DNA of 64,000 nucleotides from Bacteroidia bacterium (GTDB lineage Bacteria > Bacteroidota > Bacteroidia > SpSt-205), in the NCBI GenBank assembly GCA_026003215.1, contig BPGV01000001.1, positions 2,202,466-2,266,465 of the forward strand, in the 5' to 3' direction. Position numbers and translations under genes: made by a program. The notes beneath the pieces were generated by a model, which searched no databases, was not told the DNA's origin, and worked only from the letters and a program-made list of their open reading frames with translations. Positions 27,777 to 38,225 of this stretch are shown in pieces. The number at the start of each line of letters is the position of its first letter. The stretch's first letter is position 1.

Positions 27777-30521
27777 ATGGGGATTCGGTATGGTTTAGCC
27801 TGCGTGGCGTTATTGGCAGCGCAGCAACCTTTTCGCTTCTTGGTCATGGATGGACAGACGCAGGAGCCGTTAGCGGGGGCTGCGGTGGTGCTGCTGGGGG
27901 CTGAGCCTAAGGGCGTGCTTACCGACAGCACCGGCGTAGCCACTCTCTCGGTGCGTTTTCTTTCCGATACCCTCAAAGTAGAAGTGCGCTATATGGGCTA
28001 TGAAAAAGTGGAGGTGGCCCTGACAGCCCGTTCAGCGCCTGGGGTAGAGGTACGCTTATGGCCTGAGGGGGTGCAGCAGCAGGAAGTAGTCATCACGGCC
28101 CATCAGGAGACACGCACAGAGGTAGCCCTGCTCTCGGCGCTTCAGCAGATGCCCCAGATAGCCACAGGCCTCTCTGCCCAAGCTATCCAGCGTACCCCCG
28201 ATAGGACCGCTGCTGCGGTATTGACGCGTATAACAGGGGTGACTGTAAACGAGGGCCGCTTCCTTGTCATACGTGGCATGAACGAGCGCTACAATGCCGT
28301 ACTCCTGAATAGACTGCCCGTGTTTAGCACAGAGCCGGAATCCCGCGCCTTTGACCTGGAGATCTTACCTGCGGGGATTATAGATCAAGTACGCGTGTAT
28401 AAAACGCCCGCAGCTTATCAAACGGGGGAGTTTGGGGGGGGAGTGGTAGAGGTGCTTACTCGGCGCAGCCAAGAGACGCCTACCTTTCACCTTCAGCTGC
28501 GTAGCGGCTATTTGGTGGGTACTACTTTCCGCCCTGGCCTGGCAAGTGTCTCTTATCCGGCGGATATATGGGGCAGCGGGGTGGTTTCTCGGGCCCTCCC
28601 TGGAGGGTTTCCTGAAGACCTTAACGCCCTTTCCCCCGCTGAAGCCCGCGCTTGGGCTCAAAAGCTACCCAATACTTTTCGTCTTCGTTCTATAAGCGCG
28701 CTGCCACCTAATACCCAGGGGTCTCTCACCTATGGGGTACCGCTTACTAAGAAACTATGGTTTTTATCCGGCCTCTCGTATGGACGCAGCTTTCAAAACC
28801 TGCTCGTAGAGCGAAATAGATATGAAGTTCGTGTATTGCAAGCCGGCGCTAATCCTAAGCTTTTTTCTTACATAGACCGGCAGACGACAGAGATGGTTCG
28901 GCTGATGGGTTTTACGAACTTTCTTTGGGCACCCGCGCCCGGCCAGCAGGTAGAGCTAAATCTTTTTGCTGCACGGCTTACTGAAAATGAAACTATCCTC
29001 CGAGAGGGCTATTCTTTCTATCAAAGGGGTACGGATGCTTTCTTTCGCAACTACAGCATGCAATATTTGGCGCGTACTTTGTCTTTCCTGCAAATAGGTG
29101 GGATGCATCGCTTGTCTGAGGGGATAGCCCTTCGGTGGGATGTGGGCGGCCATGCTACCTTACGCGATGAGCCGGATTATCGCCGAGTGCGTACTGTACG
29201 AGAGGCGGGCGACTCCGTTTTTCGGATAATCCTGCCGCCCGGGCCAACAACTTTTGATGCGGCGCGTTTTTATAGTCAGTTGCGTCAATACGGGGCGGAT
29301 GCCCAGCTCTCCCTACTTACAGAGCTATGGCGCTGGCGCATAGTGACGGGGATGCAGGTCGGGGCTATCACCCGTACTTTTTCAGCCCGGTGGTTTTCTT
29401 ATACCGTACCTTCCACGGCCTCGCCAAGCTTCGTAGCTTTTTGGACGGCCTTGCCCATAGAAGAGGCCTTTTCTGAGGAGTATCTACCCCAGCTGCGTTT
29501 GCGGGAGGGAACTAATCCCACGGACCGCTATGAGGCGCAACAAGCCGTAGCTGCGGCTTTCTTTTCCGCAGAACGGACTATGGGGCGCTTTTCTATACAG
29601 GCAGGCTTGCGGTATGAATACAGCGAGCAACGCCTCCAATCGGCTACGGCCACGCAGGCCCTCTCTGTCCAACCCCCTTTTCCTTTGCTGATGCCTTTTG
29701 TGAGTGCAGGGTGGGCGCTCAGTCCTACCCAAAAGCTCCGTTGGGCTTATAGCCGTACGCTCAACCGGCCAGCCCTGCGCGAGCTGGCCCCCTTCCTCTA
29801 CTATAACTTCGCTTTAGAGGTTCAGCAGGCCGGCAATCCTGCATTGCGTCCCGCTACCCTACACAATGTAGATATACGTTATGAACTTAGCCCATCCTTG
29901 GGGCAGCTTTTGGCTATTGGGTTATTTTATAAAAAACTTATCCAGCCTATTGAAACCTACATTTTGCGTGGGGCAGATCAACCTACCATACGGTTTGGGA
30001 ATGCGCCTTCGGCTCAGCTTGTCGGTGCTGAAATAGAGCTACGGGTGCGCCTTTCGCAGACCCTCTCTTTAATAGCTAATGGTGCCTATGTATGGAGCCA
30101 GGTAGATATGGGCTCAGCCGTATATGGCAGCAGTGGCGGGCAATCTGCCAGTCAAGCGCGTTTCCGTCCCCTCCAAGGCCAGGCGCCTTTCCTCGGTAAC
30201 CTCCTGCTTTCCTACACCTCCCGAAGTGGACGGTGGGAAGTTAGTACAGCAGGCCAGCTCACAGGGCCTCGTCTCTGGTGGGTGGGCGATAACTTCAACC
30301 CCAGCGTCTATGAAATGCCTCGCCCCATTTGGGATGCGACATTCCGCCATAAGCTGGGTAAAGCTTTCTATATTCAACTCCAGGCCCGAGATATCCTCAA
30401 TACCCCTTTTGTGTATAGGCAAGACTCAGACTTGAATGGGCGTATTAGCCGAAAAGAAGATGTAATCTTCCGCTACGTACGGGGTTCGGAGTGGAGCGTA
30501 GCGATGGGGTGGCAGTGGTAA
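27777..30521 (+). CDS. TonB-dependent outer-membrane receptor (CarbopepD_reg-like + plug + barrel)
   Basis: Signal peptide, then an N-terminal beta-sandwich. The plug region is VLTRITGVTVNEGRFLVIRGMNERYNAVLLNRLPV. The barrel ends in ...WSVAMGWQW. Confidence 0.7.
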   Translation: MGIRYGLACVALLAAQQPFRFLVMDGQTQEPLAGAAVVLLGAEPKGVLTDSTGVATLSVRFLSDTLKVEVRYMGYEKVEVALTARSAPGVEVRLWPEGVQQQEVVITAHQETRTEVALLSALQQMPQIATGLSAQAIQRTPDRTAAAVLTRITGVTVNEGRFLVIRGMNERYNAVLLNRLPVFSTEPESRAFDLEILPAGIIDQVRVYKTPAAYQTGEFGGGVVEVLTRRSQETPTFHLQLRSGYLVGTTFRPGLASVSYPADIWGSGVVSRALPGGFPEDLNALSPAEARAWAQKLPNTFRLRSISALPPNTQGSLTYGVPLTKKLWFLSGLSYGRSFQNLLVERNRYEVRVLQAGANPKLFSYIDRQTTEMVRLMGFTNFLWAPAPGQQVELNLFAARLTENETILREGYSFYQRGTDAFFRNYSMQYLARTLSFLQIGGMHRLSEGIALRWDVGGHATLRDEPDYRRVRTVREAGDSVFRIILPPGPTTFDAARFYSQLRQYGADAQLSLLTELWRWRIVTGMQVGAITRTFSARWFSYTVPSTASPSFVAFWTALPIEEAFSEEYLPQLRLREGTNPTDRYEAQQAVAAAFFSAERTMGRFSIQAGLRYEYSEQRLQSATATQALSVQPPFPLLMPFVSAGWALSPTQKLRWAYSRTLNRPALRELAPFLYYNFALEVQQAGNPALRPATLHNVDIRYELSPSLGQLLAIGLFYKKLIQPIETYILRGADQPTIRFGNAPSAQLVGAEIELRVRLSQTLSLIANGAYVWSQVDMGSAVYGSSGGQSASQARFRPLQGQAPFLGNLLLSYTSRSGRWEVSTAGQLTGPRLWWVGDNFNPSVYEMPRPIWDATFRHKLGKAFYIQLQARDILNTPFVYRQDSDLNGRISRKEDVIFRYVRGSEWSVAMGWQW

Positions 30522-30545
30522 GGGGCTCCAAGCTACCTTTGCTTT

Positions 30546-31166
30546 ATGCCCTACTGGGTAGGGATTACGGGGGGAAGTGCCTCAGGAAAAACCTTCTTGC
30601 TGGAAGCTCTGCGCCGCTCTCTCCCCTCAGAAAAAGTTACCTTCATCTCCATGGACCATTATTATAAAGATTTGCAGTTACAACCTCGAGATGCGGAGGG
30701 TAAGGTTAACTTTGACTTGCCAGATGCGATAGATAGCCAAAGATTTTATGAGCATCTTTTGGCTTTACGGCGGGGAGAGGCCGTAACACAGCGAGAATAC
30801 ACCTTCAACCAGCCCGGGGTAGTACCGCGGCTCCTGACTTTTCAGCCGGCGCCGCTTGTGATTGTAGAGGGACTCTTTCTCTTTTACTGGCCGCATATTC
30901 GGGCGCTTTTTGACCTGCGCTTATTCATAGAAGCGGATGAGCCCTATAGATTTATCCGCCGGCTTCAACGGGACCAAAGAGAGCGGGGGTATACGGTAGA
31001 CAGTATCATCCACCAATACTTGACACAGGTCCTGCCTGCGTATCGGCAGTTTGTGGAACCGCTGCGGATGTATGCGCACCTGGTCATCCAGAATCACTAC
31101 GGCGAGCTCACGCCGATTTTACGGGTGCTTTTGGACCACCTTCAAGCAGCCCTGAGAGATGTCTAA
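30546..31166 (+). CDS. udk: Uridine kinase
   Basis: P-loop GITGGSASGKTF, DHYYKD, and lid-region similarity. 206 aa. Confidence 0.85.
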   Translation: MPYWVGITGGSASGKTFLLEALRRSLPSEKVTFISMDHYYKDLQLQPRDAEGKVNFDLPDAIDSQRFYEHLLALRRGEAVTQREYTFNQPGVVPRLLTFQPAPLVIVEGLFLFYWPHIRALFDLRLFIEADEPYRFIRRLQRDQRERGYTVDSIIHQYLTQVLPAYRQFVEPLRMYAHLVIQNHYGELTPILRVLLDHLQAALRDV

Positions 31167-33126
31167 CTTTGTGCCCATGCGATGGGGAGTAACCCTACTA
31201 CTGGGGGTGGTGAGTCTATGGGCCCAGGATTGGAGCAAGCGACAAGGCGAGCTGGCCCGTTTAGGAAAGAGCGTAAAAGTCACTCAAGCAGAGTTTGAGT
31301 ATGCGTACGCCAAAGCTCATGGGGGCTGGTCTCAAGCGGCTACCCATACGCCTGACCAATATCGGGCGTACTTGGAGGCATACTTAGATTTCCGTCGGAA
31401 GGTAGCCGAAGCCTTAGACCGCAAGCTGGATACCGCCCGTACCTTCCGGGAAGAATACGAAAACTATCTGCGACAGCTGGCCAAACCGTATCTGTTGGAG
31501 AAGGAAGTCTTGGATACCCTCCTCCGCCAGCTGTATGGTCGGATGAAGGAAGAGATTCGGGCCTCCCATATTTTGGTCACTATCAAGGAAGGGGATACAG
31601 TAAAAGCCTATGAGCGGGCCTTAGCGCTGCGGGACTCGGTGGTCAAGGGCGGAAAAAGTTTTGCGGAGATAGCTCGGCTGTATTCGGATGACCCCAGTGC
31701 CTCTCAGAATGAAGGGGACCTGGGGTACTTCAGCGCATTTGACATGGTAGCACCCTTTGAAGATGCGGCGTATGCTACGCCGGTGGGTTCGGTTTCGCAG
31801 CCGGTCCTCACGCGGTTTGGGTACCACCTTATCTACGTGCGCGAGCGGGTGCCAAATGCTGGGCGCCGCAGGGTCGCCCATATTTTGGTGCGGTGGGGGC
31901 CTACCTATGCGGCTAAAGACAGCGTGGAAGCTGAGCGGCGCATTCGGGAGGTGTATGCCCGCTTAGCGAAGGGAGAAAAATGGGAAGACCTGGCGCGGGA
32001 TTTTTCGGATGACCCAATGACGGCCAGCCGAGGGGGGGAGTTAGGCTGGATGCGCCTCATGCCCCAAATGGAAGCTGTCAAGCGCACCCTTCGTGAAGGT
32101 GCCTATAGTGAGCCTTTCCGTACCCGCTTTGGATGGCATATCCTCAAAGTCTTGGAGGTTAAGCCAGTGGGCTCTTTTGAGGAAATGCGCGGCGAACTCA
32201 AAACCCGCCTCCAACGAGATGAACGGTACAAGGCTGCCGAGCGTGCCTACTTTGAGCGTCGCCTGCGCCACTATGCTTTCCAAGAAAACCCTGTCATGCG
32301 CCAAAATCTTTACGCAGCGCTGGATACGCTCTATCCCAATATAGATGTAGCTTTGGAAAAACTTTCACCAACGCTGCTGGGCAGCACGCTCTTTACCCTG
32401 GCTAAGCGCAAGTATGCGGTGCGGGACTTTCTCACCTATTGGAGTGGAAACCGGGGGCTTCTCCTTGCCCGCAGACTCACCCCAGAGGTTTTTGACGAGG
32501 CCCTTCGCAGCTTTGCTCATGAAAAGGTATTAGACATAGAGCTACCAGAGCTACCTAAGCGGTATCCAGAGTTTGAGCTTTTGCGCAGGGAGTATTACTA
32601 TGGTGTGCTTTTTTTCAACATAAGCGAGCAGGAAGTGTGGCGAAAGGCAGTGGAAGATACGGCTGGCTTACGGAAGTTTTATGAAGAACGTAAGACACAG
32701 TTTCCCGCGGGCGAAAGGTTAGAGGTGATAGAGATTACGGGTACAGACTCCGCCTCGCTGGCGGAGGTGCCTAAGCGTCTCCCGGAAGTCTCGCTGGCAG
32801 CGATAGACTCCCTCAATCGGGCTGGCCGCTATGGGTGGCGGATAGTACCTCAGTTTGTGGAGAAAGATAAAGCCCCCGAGCTTTACCGAGCGTATGGCGC
32901 TAACGGCCAGACTCCGGGCTGGACCCCTTTGGAAGGAAAGGGCCGAGAATGGCGCAGGGCGTATGTGCTGCGCCGCCTGCCCGCAGGATATAAAACCTTT
33001 GAAGAAGTACGCGTAGAACTCATCCAGAAGTATCAAGAAGACCTTGAGCGCAAGTGGTTAGAGCGCTTGCGGGCCAAGTATCCGGCAAAAGTCAATGAAA
33101 AGGTTTTTGCTCGTCTCTTTCGTTAG
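31159..33126 (+). CDS. Periplasmic parvulin-type (PpiC) peptidyl-prolyl isomerase with two rotamase domains
   Basis: Signal peptide, then two ASHILV/VAHILV parvulin cores (GDLGYFSAFDMV, GELGWMRLM) separated by chaperone-like helices. Confidence 0.7.
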   Translation: MSNFVPMRWGVTLLLGVVSLWAQDWSKRQGELARLGKSVKVTQAEFEYAYAKAHGGWSQAATHTPDQYRAYLEAYLDFRRKVAEALDRKLDTARTFREEYENYLRQLAKPYLLEKEVLDTLLRQLYGRMKEEIRASHILVTIKEGDTVKAYERALALRDSVVKGGKSFAEIARLYSDDPSASQNEGDLGYFSAFDMVAPFEDAAYATPVGSVSQPVLTRFGYHLIYVRERVPNAGRRRVAHILVRWGPTYAAKDSVEAERRIREVYARLAKGEKWEDLARDFSDDPMTASRGGELGWMRLMPQMEAVKRTLREGAYSEPFRTRFGWHILKVLEVKPVGSFEEMRGELKTRLQRDERYKAAERAYFERRLRHYAFQENPVMRQNLYAALDTLYPNIDVALEKLSPTLLGSTLFTLAKRKYAVRDFLTYWSGNRGLLLARRLTPEVFDEALRSFAHEKVLDIELPELPKRYPEFELLRREYYYGVLFFNISEQEVWRKAVEDTAGLRKFYEERKTQFPAGERLEVIEITGTDSASLAEVPKRLPEVSLAAIDSLNRAGRYGWRIVPQFVEKDKAPELYRAYGANGQTPGWTPLEGKGREWRRAYVLRRLPAGYKTFEEVRVELIQKYQEDLERKWLERLRAKYPAKVNEKVFARLFR

Positions 33127-33922
33127 TCTGGTAATCGGGTGTAAAAAGCAGCCGGCCGAACCGATTATAGCGCAGTATAAAGACAAGTACCTTACACGTT
33201 CGGAGGCGCTGGCGCGCGTGGTGATACCTGCAGGAGAAGATACCCATCTTATTTTACATGCGTATGGGCGGGAATGGATACGGCAGCAGGCGCTGGCAGA
33301 TACCGCGTATGCGCTTTTACCTCAGCTTCGGTCTCATATAGAAAGTCAAGTACAGGCCTACCGCACGAAGCTCTTAATTGCGTACCTTTCTCGGCTATTG
33401 TCTGAACAGATTGTAGGACAAGCGCACATATCTGATAGCGTATTACAGGCTGAATACATGCGTCAGCCAGAGGCCTTTCGTGCTTTGCAACCTTTTTATC
33501 AATATCGGTGGGTGAAACTGCCAGACACATGGACTAACCGTCGTGAAGTAGCCCGGAAACTGTATCAGCCGGATAGTGTCTGGATAGCGTGGCTGCAAGA
33601 AAACAAATATGTAGGGGAAGTAGTGCGGGAGTGGGTGCCTCGTAACCGATTAGATAGCCTGCAAGCATTTTTTTCTACTTCATTGGTAGGGTTAAGTATC
33701 CGAGGGGCAGCCCAGGCCAGTCGCATGGAAGGCGGCCAGCCATACCTGTTGGTGTTTCAGCTTACGGGGCTAATCTTACCGGGGCAAGTCCTCCCTTTGG
33801 AGCTTGTCCATAATCAGGTGCAAGATGTTGTCTTACAACAAAAAATACATGCGTGGTTGTCCGCTTTTGAAGATACCGTTTATCAGCGGGCTATGGCCCG
33901 TCCTGATGTGCGGCTCTATTAG
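33095..33922 (+). CDS. Hypothetical lipoprotein, possibly SurA-N-like chaperone
   Basis: Lipobox (LVIGC). It sits in the operon between two PPIase genes. No catalytic motif. Confidence 0.35.
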   Translation: MKRFLLVSFVSLVIGCKKQPAEPIIAQYKDKYLTRSEALARVVIPAGEDTHLILHAYGREWIRQQALADTAYALLPQLRSHIESQVQAYRTKLLIAYLSRLLSEQIVGQAHISDSVLQAEYMRQPEAFRALQPFYQYRWVKLPDTWTNRREVARKLYQPDSVWIAWLQENKYVGEVVREWVPRNRLDSLQAFFSTSLVGLSIRGAAQASRMEGGQPYLLVFQLTGLILPGQVLPLELVHNQVQDVVLQQKIHAWLSAFEDTVYQRAMARPDVRLY

Positions 33923-35216
33923 CTTGGCCCAGATTCGCGTAGAAGGTATAGCCGCTGTGGTAGGGGATGAGATTATTTTAGAGTCCCAAGTAGCGCAGCA
34001 GTATGCTTATCTTAAGCAGATGGGCCATGCCGATGATGGGGGCTTATACTGTGAGGTACTGGAGCAGTTGATTGTCCAAAAACTTTTGCTGGTACGAGCC
34101 CGGTTAGACAGCCTTAAGGTCTCTGACGAACAGGTGGAAAGGGAGTTAGAACGGCGCTTGCAGATTCTTACAGCGCAGTTGGGTTCCCCAGAAGCCATCG
34201 TAGAAATTTACGGAAGGCCACTTCCTGTCCTGAAACAAGATCTACGAGCTGAGGTCCGTAATCAGATTTTAGCTGAGGAAATGCGCCAAAAGATCCTCCA
34301 AGAGGTGAAGGTAACCCCCCAAGAAGTGCGGGACTTCTTTCGCAGTATTCCGCCGGACAGCCTGCCGTACGTGCCCGCAGAAGTAGAGCTGAGTCAGATT
34401 GTGGTATGGGCGAAGCCTTCCGCCGCTGAAAAGGAGGCTACCCGGAGCCGGTTAGAACAGATTCGGCAAGAGATCGTGGCTGGTAAGATGGATTTTGCTT
34501 CTGCGGCGCGGGCTTTCTCGCAGGATGTGGGTTCGGCGCGGCAAGGCGGGGCCCTCGGCGAGTTTAGCCGCGGCCAGATGGTTCCCGAATTTGAACGCAT
34601 GGCTTTTTCTGTGCCTATCGGTGAGGTCTCCCCCGTGTTTGAAACGCCGTACGGCTTCCATATCCTCCTGGTAGAGAAGCGGGTAGGCAATAAAGTGCAA
34701 GCTCGGCATATCCTCTTGCAACCAGCGATTACGGAGGCAGATGTAGAGACGGCTCGACACCAGTTAGAGGACCTGCGCGAGCGTATTTTACGAGATAGTA
34801 TCACCTTCGCTCGGGCGGTGGTGGAGTTTTCTGAGGATATTCCTACCAAGCAGGCAGGGGGTAGGCTCATGGATGAAGAAACAGGCAGTTATAGACTGCC
34901 GCTGGATAAACTGGATGCAGAGCTGTATTTTATTGTGGATGGCCTGCGACCAGGGGATATCTCCCCGGCGCATGCTTTCACAGCCAAGGATGGACGTAAA
35001 GGCGTGCGGATTGTTTGGCTTCAGCGGCGCTATCCGCCGCATAGAGCTTCCTTGGAGCTGGATTATGAGCGGTTTGCGGAGGCAGCCCTCGAGTTGAAGA
35101 AACAAGAAGCAGTAGCCCGGTGGTTAGAGAAAGCACGTAAAAATGTGCCCGTAGAAATACGGGCGGAGCGGTGCGCCGAGGCCCTTTCAGAGTGGGAACG
35201 GGGAAGGGAAAAGTAG
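33849..35216 (+). CDS. SurA-like periplasmic chaperone/PPIase (SurA_N + two parvulin domains)
   Basis: Parvulin cores (QGGALGEFSRGQMVPEF, ARHILLQP..., GGRLMDEE...), with the start chosen at a signal-like Met (ATG at 33849). The upstream alternative at 33804 is also possible. Confidence 0.6.
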   Translation: MRGCPLLKIPFISGLWPVLMCGSISLAQIRVEGIAAVVGDEIILESQVAQQYAYLKQMGHADDGGLYCEVLEQLIVQKLLLVRARLDSLKVSDEQVERELERRLQILTAQLGSPEAIVEIYGRPLPVLKQDLRAEVRNQILAEEMRQKILQEVKVTPQEVRDFFRSIPPDSLPYVPAEVELSQIVVWAKPSAAEKEATRSRLEQIRQEIVAGKMDFASAARAFSQDVGSARQGGALGEFSRGQMVPEFERMAFSVPIGEVSPVFETPYGFHILLVEKRVGNKVQARHILLQPAITEADVETARHQLEDLRERILRDSITFARAVVEFSEDIPTKQAGGRLMDEETGSYRLPLDKLDAELYFIVDGLRPGDISPAHAFTAKDGRKGVRIVWLQRRYPPHRASLELDYERFAEAALELKKQEAVARWLEKARKNVPVEIRAERCAEALSEWERGREK

Positions 35217-35220
35217 GGGG

Positions 35221-35297
35221 GCGGGCGGCGGCGCCGCCACAGCGGCGCCGCCGCCCGCATAAAAAAGGGGCGGGGCGGCCGTAGGCCGCCCCGCCCC
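35221..35297. terminator. Bidirectional terminator region made of two GC-only perfect hairpins between convergent genes
   Basis: gcgggcggcggcgccgcc-acag-cggcgccgccgcccgc and ggggcggggcggcc-gtag-gccgccccgcccc, flanked by A/T runs (ataaaaaa, caaaaaatc). Confidence 0.55.
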
Positions 35298-35321
35298 GTC
35301 AGCCAAAAAATCTCAGCCGCC

Positions 35322-37256
35322 TTATCGAGCCATGTCCGCCTTGATGAGCCGTATCGTTCGGACTTCTCCGCCATAGCTTACCACCGCATTATAGTTGCCC
35401 GCCGCTACTTGACTTAGGATACCGCTCAAATCCAGCGTATGTGTACCGGCGGCGAGGGTATAGTCACTTTTTACGACCAGCTTACCTGCGGCGTCATACA
35501 GCTGGAAGGACATAGGGCCTTCGGCGGGGAGAGAGACAAGCAGTTGGGCTTCGGTAACCACGGGGTTCGGTTGGAGCTGTACGGAGAAGCTTTCGCCTGC
35601 GCCGGGAAGCATCGCTTCCACAGTATTAGAATAGCGGATATTGCCGAAGATGTCGTGCTGTTCTACGCGGTAGAAGTAGCGGGTGAGGGGTTTCACGTAT
35701 TCATCTCGGTGGGTATAGCGGGTGCGTCCTTGCTTATCTACTTGGGCGATGCGGGTGAAGGCTACGCCGTCTGTACTACGGTAGAGTTCATACCCTAAGA
35801 TTTCGGGTCTTTCGGGGGAGACTTCCCAGGTGAGGGCGATAGCCGCGCCGGTAGGGGCAGCCGCTAATCGTATATCCTCGGAGGGGAGGGGGGCATTATT
35901 AGCAATCACCGTGGCGTAGAAGTAGGTACCGTTTTGGTTGTATGAGGTGAAGCCGGTACGCGTCACATCCCAGCCGGTGGAGTTGCCCTCACAGTTATTG
36001 GGGGGGGTAAGGAGGCCGCTAGTTGGGGCTTGGTTGTACCCTACATAGCAAAGATTAGTGGGGTAGTTGTTCCAGACGGGGTCGGAGCCGCCGGGAAGGC
36101 CGGTGCTGGTGCCTGCGGCGGGGCAGTTGCCAGTAGTGGTGGCGTTAGTGACGGTGCGGTTATACATGCGTACGCTGCTGGGACCGGAAGGAGTAGAGGG
36201 AGTTGTCGCATCTACGGCTGCAAAAGGCATGATTTCCCAGCGTCCGTTGTTGAGAGGGTTGTATTGACGGGAGGCGCCGGGGTCGCCCGGTCGGCAATAG
36301 GGAGGCTGAGTGAAGGGAGCTTGTACGGTAGGGTCAAACCGTACGCGCACATAATGGGCTGCGGCTGGGGTGACTTCTACGCCTTGCAGGCCATAGCCAT
36401 TGGGGGGAGTACCTATGGGAGCTGCTCCTACGGCAAAGGGATAGGCGGTGGCCGCAGCTACATTCCGCCGGAGGTAGCCGTATACGTAGCGGTCTTGGTT
36501 ATCGGGGTCCAAGGTAGCAAAGGAAGCGGGCTGGGCAGGCGCCCATGGAGTCCGGACTACGGCGTTAGCAGCTGGGTTGAGGACGCGCACTTCCAGCTGC
36601 GTGCCAAGACCAGCACCTGTGGTATGAATGCGCCCACTGACAAAGGTGAGGGTATTTCCTACCCAGATGTCTATGTAAGTTTCTCCTACGGGGATGGTAC
36701 AGATACCAGGACCAGTGTATGTCCCATCGGACGCATAGTCCGATCCCTCACAATCAATCGTGACGAAGCGCCCAGCCAGATTGGTATTGGTATTGTTGAT
36801 GCGGACATCATAAAAGGTCCAATCTTGTGAGTTACCCGAGCCATTCCGGATAGCAACGAGCTGGGGGGCATTTGCCCCGTTGAACTCTATGGTACCCCCG
36901 AGGGTAGTATTCCCGTTGGCATTCCATGTGCCTGTGGAGCGATGGGCACCTGAGATATTGTGGTAATGGCCTTGGAGGTAAATCCACGAGTTTGGGCGGG
37001 AGTTGACTTCGGCGCCTTGTCCAATCTTGAAGTGGCCGCGGTAGCCGCCGCTTCCATCCACGCAGCGGATGGTGCCGAGGTTTTCCAGGACGCCGTTATT
37101 GGTTCCGTTATCGTTGGTCTGCATGCCGCCCTGGACATATACCAGCGCACCGGATTGGACATAGACCAGTGCGCCTTGGTTGAAAAAGAGGTCCGGTTGT
37201 GCCCAGAGCAGCGCACCTGCCCAGCAAGCCAAATGGATAAGTGTCTGTCGTCTCAT
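35322..37256 (-). CDS. T9SS-secreted protein (fibronectin-III-like domain + C-terminal type-A sorting domain)
   Basis: Signal peptide (LIHLACWAGALLWAQ) and a C-terminal ~80-aa Por_Secre_tail-like domain (...FQLYDAAGKLVVKS...YNAVVSYGGEVRTIRLIK). Confidence 0.65.
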   Translation of the reverse strand: MRRQTLIHLACWAGALLWAQPDLFFNQGALVYVQSGALVYVQGGMQTNDNGTNNGVLENLGTIRCVDGSGGYRGHFKIGQGAEVNSRPNSWIYLQGHYHNISGAHRSTGTWNANGNTTLGGTIEFNGANAPQLVAIRNGSGNSQDWTFYDVRINNTNTNLAGRFVTIDCEGSDYASDGTYTGPGICTIPVGETYIDIWVGNTLTFVSGRIHTTGAGLGTQLEVRVLNPAANAVVRTPWAPAQPASFATLDPDNQDRYVYGYLRRNVAAATAYPFAVGAAPIGTPPNGYGLQGVEVTPAAAHYVRVRFDPTVQAPFTQPPYCRPGDPGASRQYNPLNNGRWEIMPFAAVDATTPSTPSGPSSVRMYNRTVTNATTTGNCPAAGTSTGLPGGSDPVWNNYPTNLCYVGYNQAPTSGLLTPPNNCEGNSTGWDVTRTGFTSYNQNGTYFYATVIANNAPLPSEDIRLAAAPTGAAIALTWEVSPERPEILGYELYRSTDGVAFTRIAQVDKQGRTRYTHRDEYVKPLTRYFYRVEQHDIFGNIRYSNTVEAMLPGAGESFSVQLQPNPVVTEAQLLVSLPAEGPMSFQLYDAAGKLVVKSDYTLAAGTHTLDLSGILSQVAAGNYNAVVSYGGEVRTIRLIKADMAR

Positions 37257-37274
37257 AGGTATCGCGAATTTAGA

Positions 37275-38222
37275 CTAAGGTACGGCGACTTTTTGAAACT
37301 TCCAAATGGGGTAGGTAGGTCGGCATAGGGCGTAGGCTTGCGGCTGGCCGGCCGGCGAGATTTTCCACAATCCTACTACAGCTCGGGCCCAGGTAGCCTT
37401 GCGCCGAGCGACGGGTTCGGTTTTGCAGCCGCTGCCGCTCACTACCACCCACTTATTAGAGGCAAGCTGGTGGATTTGTAGGTTATGGTCATGTCCAGAG
37501 AGGAGCAGTACGGGGCCCTGGGCCCCTTCTACATGCCGAAGTAAGCTATCCGCTAAGCGAGCATACCCCGGAAAGGCTAAGTCTGTGGGGTGCTTGCGGG
37601 CTTTCCGAGCTACGATAAAGAGAGTACCTATGCCGGGAAGGGGTATCCACAGGTATTTACTCAGCACCCGCAAGGGAAAAAGGTGAGCTATTAGCGGAAA
37701 ATAGCCTCCATGCGCGCCGGCGGTTTTAGGGGGGTGATGTAGGATGATTACGCACAGACGCTTGTCTAAAAGCAGGCTGTCTATGAGGCGCCAGTGGAAA
37801 GCTTGCGCGCGGGCGGAGTCTCGGATGAGCCGTTCAGAGTCTAAAAAAATGAGGAGCCAGTCGGGTCGGGAGAGGGTATCTGGGCCCACACGCCCAGGCA
37901 GGGGTTTGTGAGGGAGGGTTTCGGCTTGGTAGGAAAGTCCGGTGAGGCCGGCCTTCCAGTCGTGGTTACCTGGCGTGGCCCACACCTCACCGGGAAAAGC
38001 ATGCGCTACTTGGAGGAGCCTTTCCCAGCGTTTTTTATCTCTTTTTCGGCCACGATAGCCTGCAGGATAAAGGTTATCCCCTAAAAAGAGAAGGATATCC
38101 CCTTTTTGTGCGTGCTTCTGCCAGAAGTGCTTATATAGCTGCACTTGCCGAGCTGTAAGGGCTCCGGCGTCTCCTACGGCAAAAAGGGTTTGTAGCCAAA
38201 GATACGTTGCTACTAAGAGCAC
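37275..38222 (-). CDS. Calcineurin-like metallophosphoesterase
   Basis: GDNLYP, ATPGNHDW and GHDH motifs, with a signal peptide. Confidence 0.75.
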   Translation of the reverse strand: MLLVATYLWLQTLFAVGDAGALTARQVQLYKHFWQKHAQKGDILLFLGDNLYPAGYRGRKRDKKRWERLLQVAHAFPGEVWATPGNHDWKAGLTGLSYQAETLPHKPLPGRVGPDTLSRPDWLLIFLDSERLIRDSARAQAFHWRLIDSLLLDKRLCVIILHHPPKTAGAHGGYFPLIAHLFPLRVLSKYLWIPLPGIGTLFIVARKARKHPTDLAFPGYARLADSLLRHVEGAQGPVLLLSGHDHNLQIHQLASNKWVVVSGSGCKTEPVARRKATWARAVVGLWKISPAGQPQAYALCRPTYPIWKFQKVAVP

Positions 38223-38225
38223 GGA

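Noticed and set aside
36030-36830. 266-aa plus-strand ORF
   Set aside because: It is antisense to the T9SS cargo gene 35322-37256, which has a signal peptide and a CTD.
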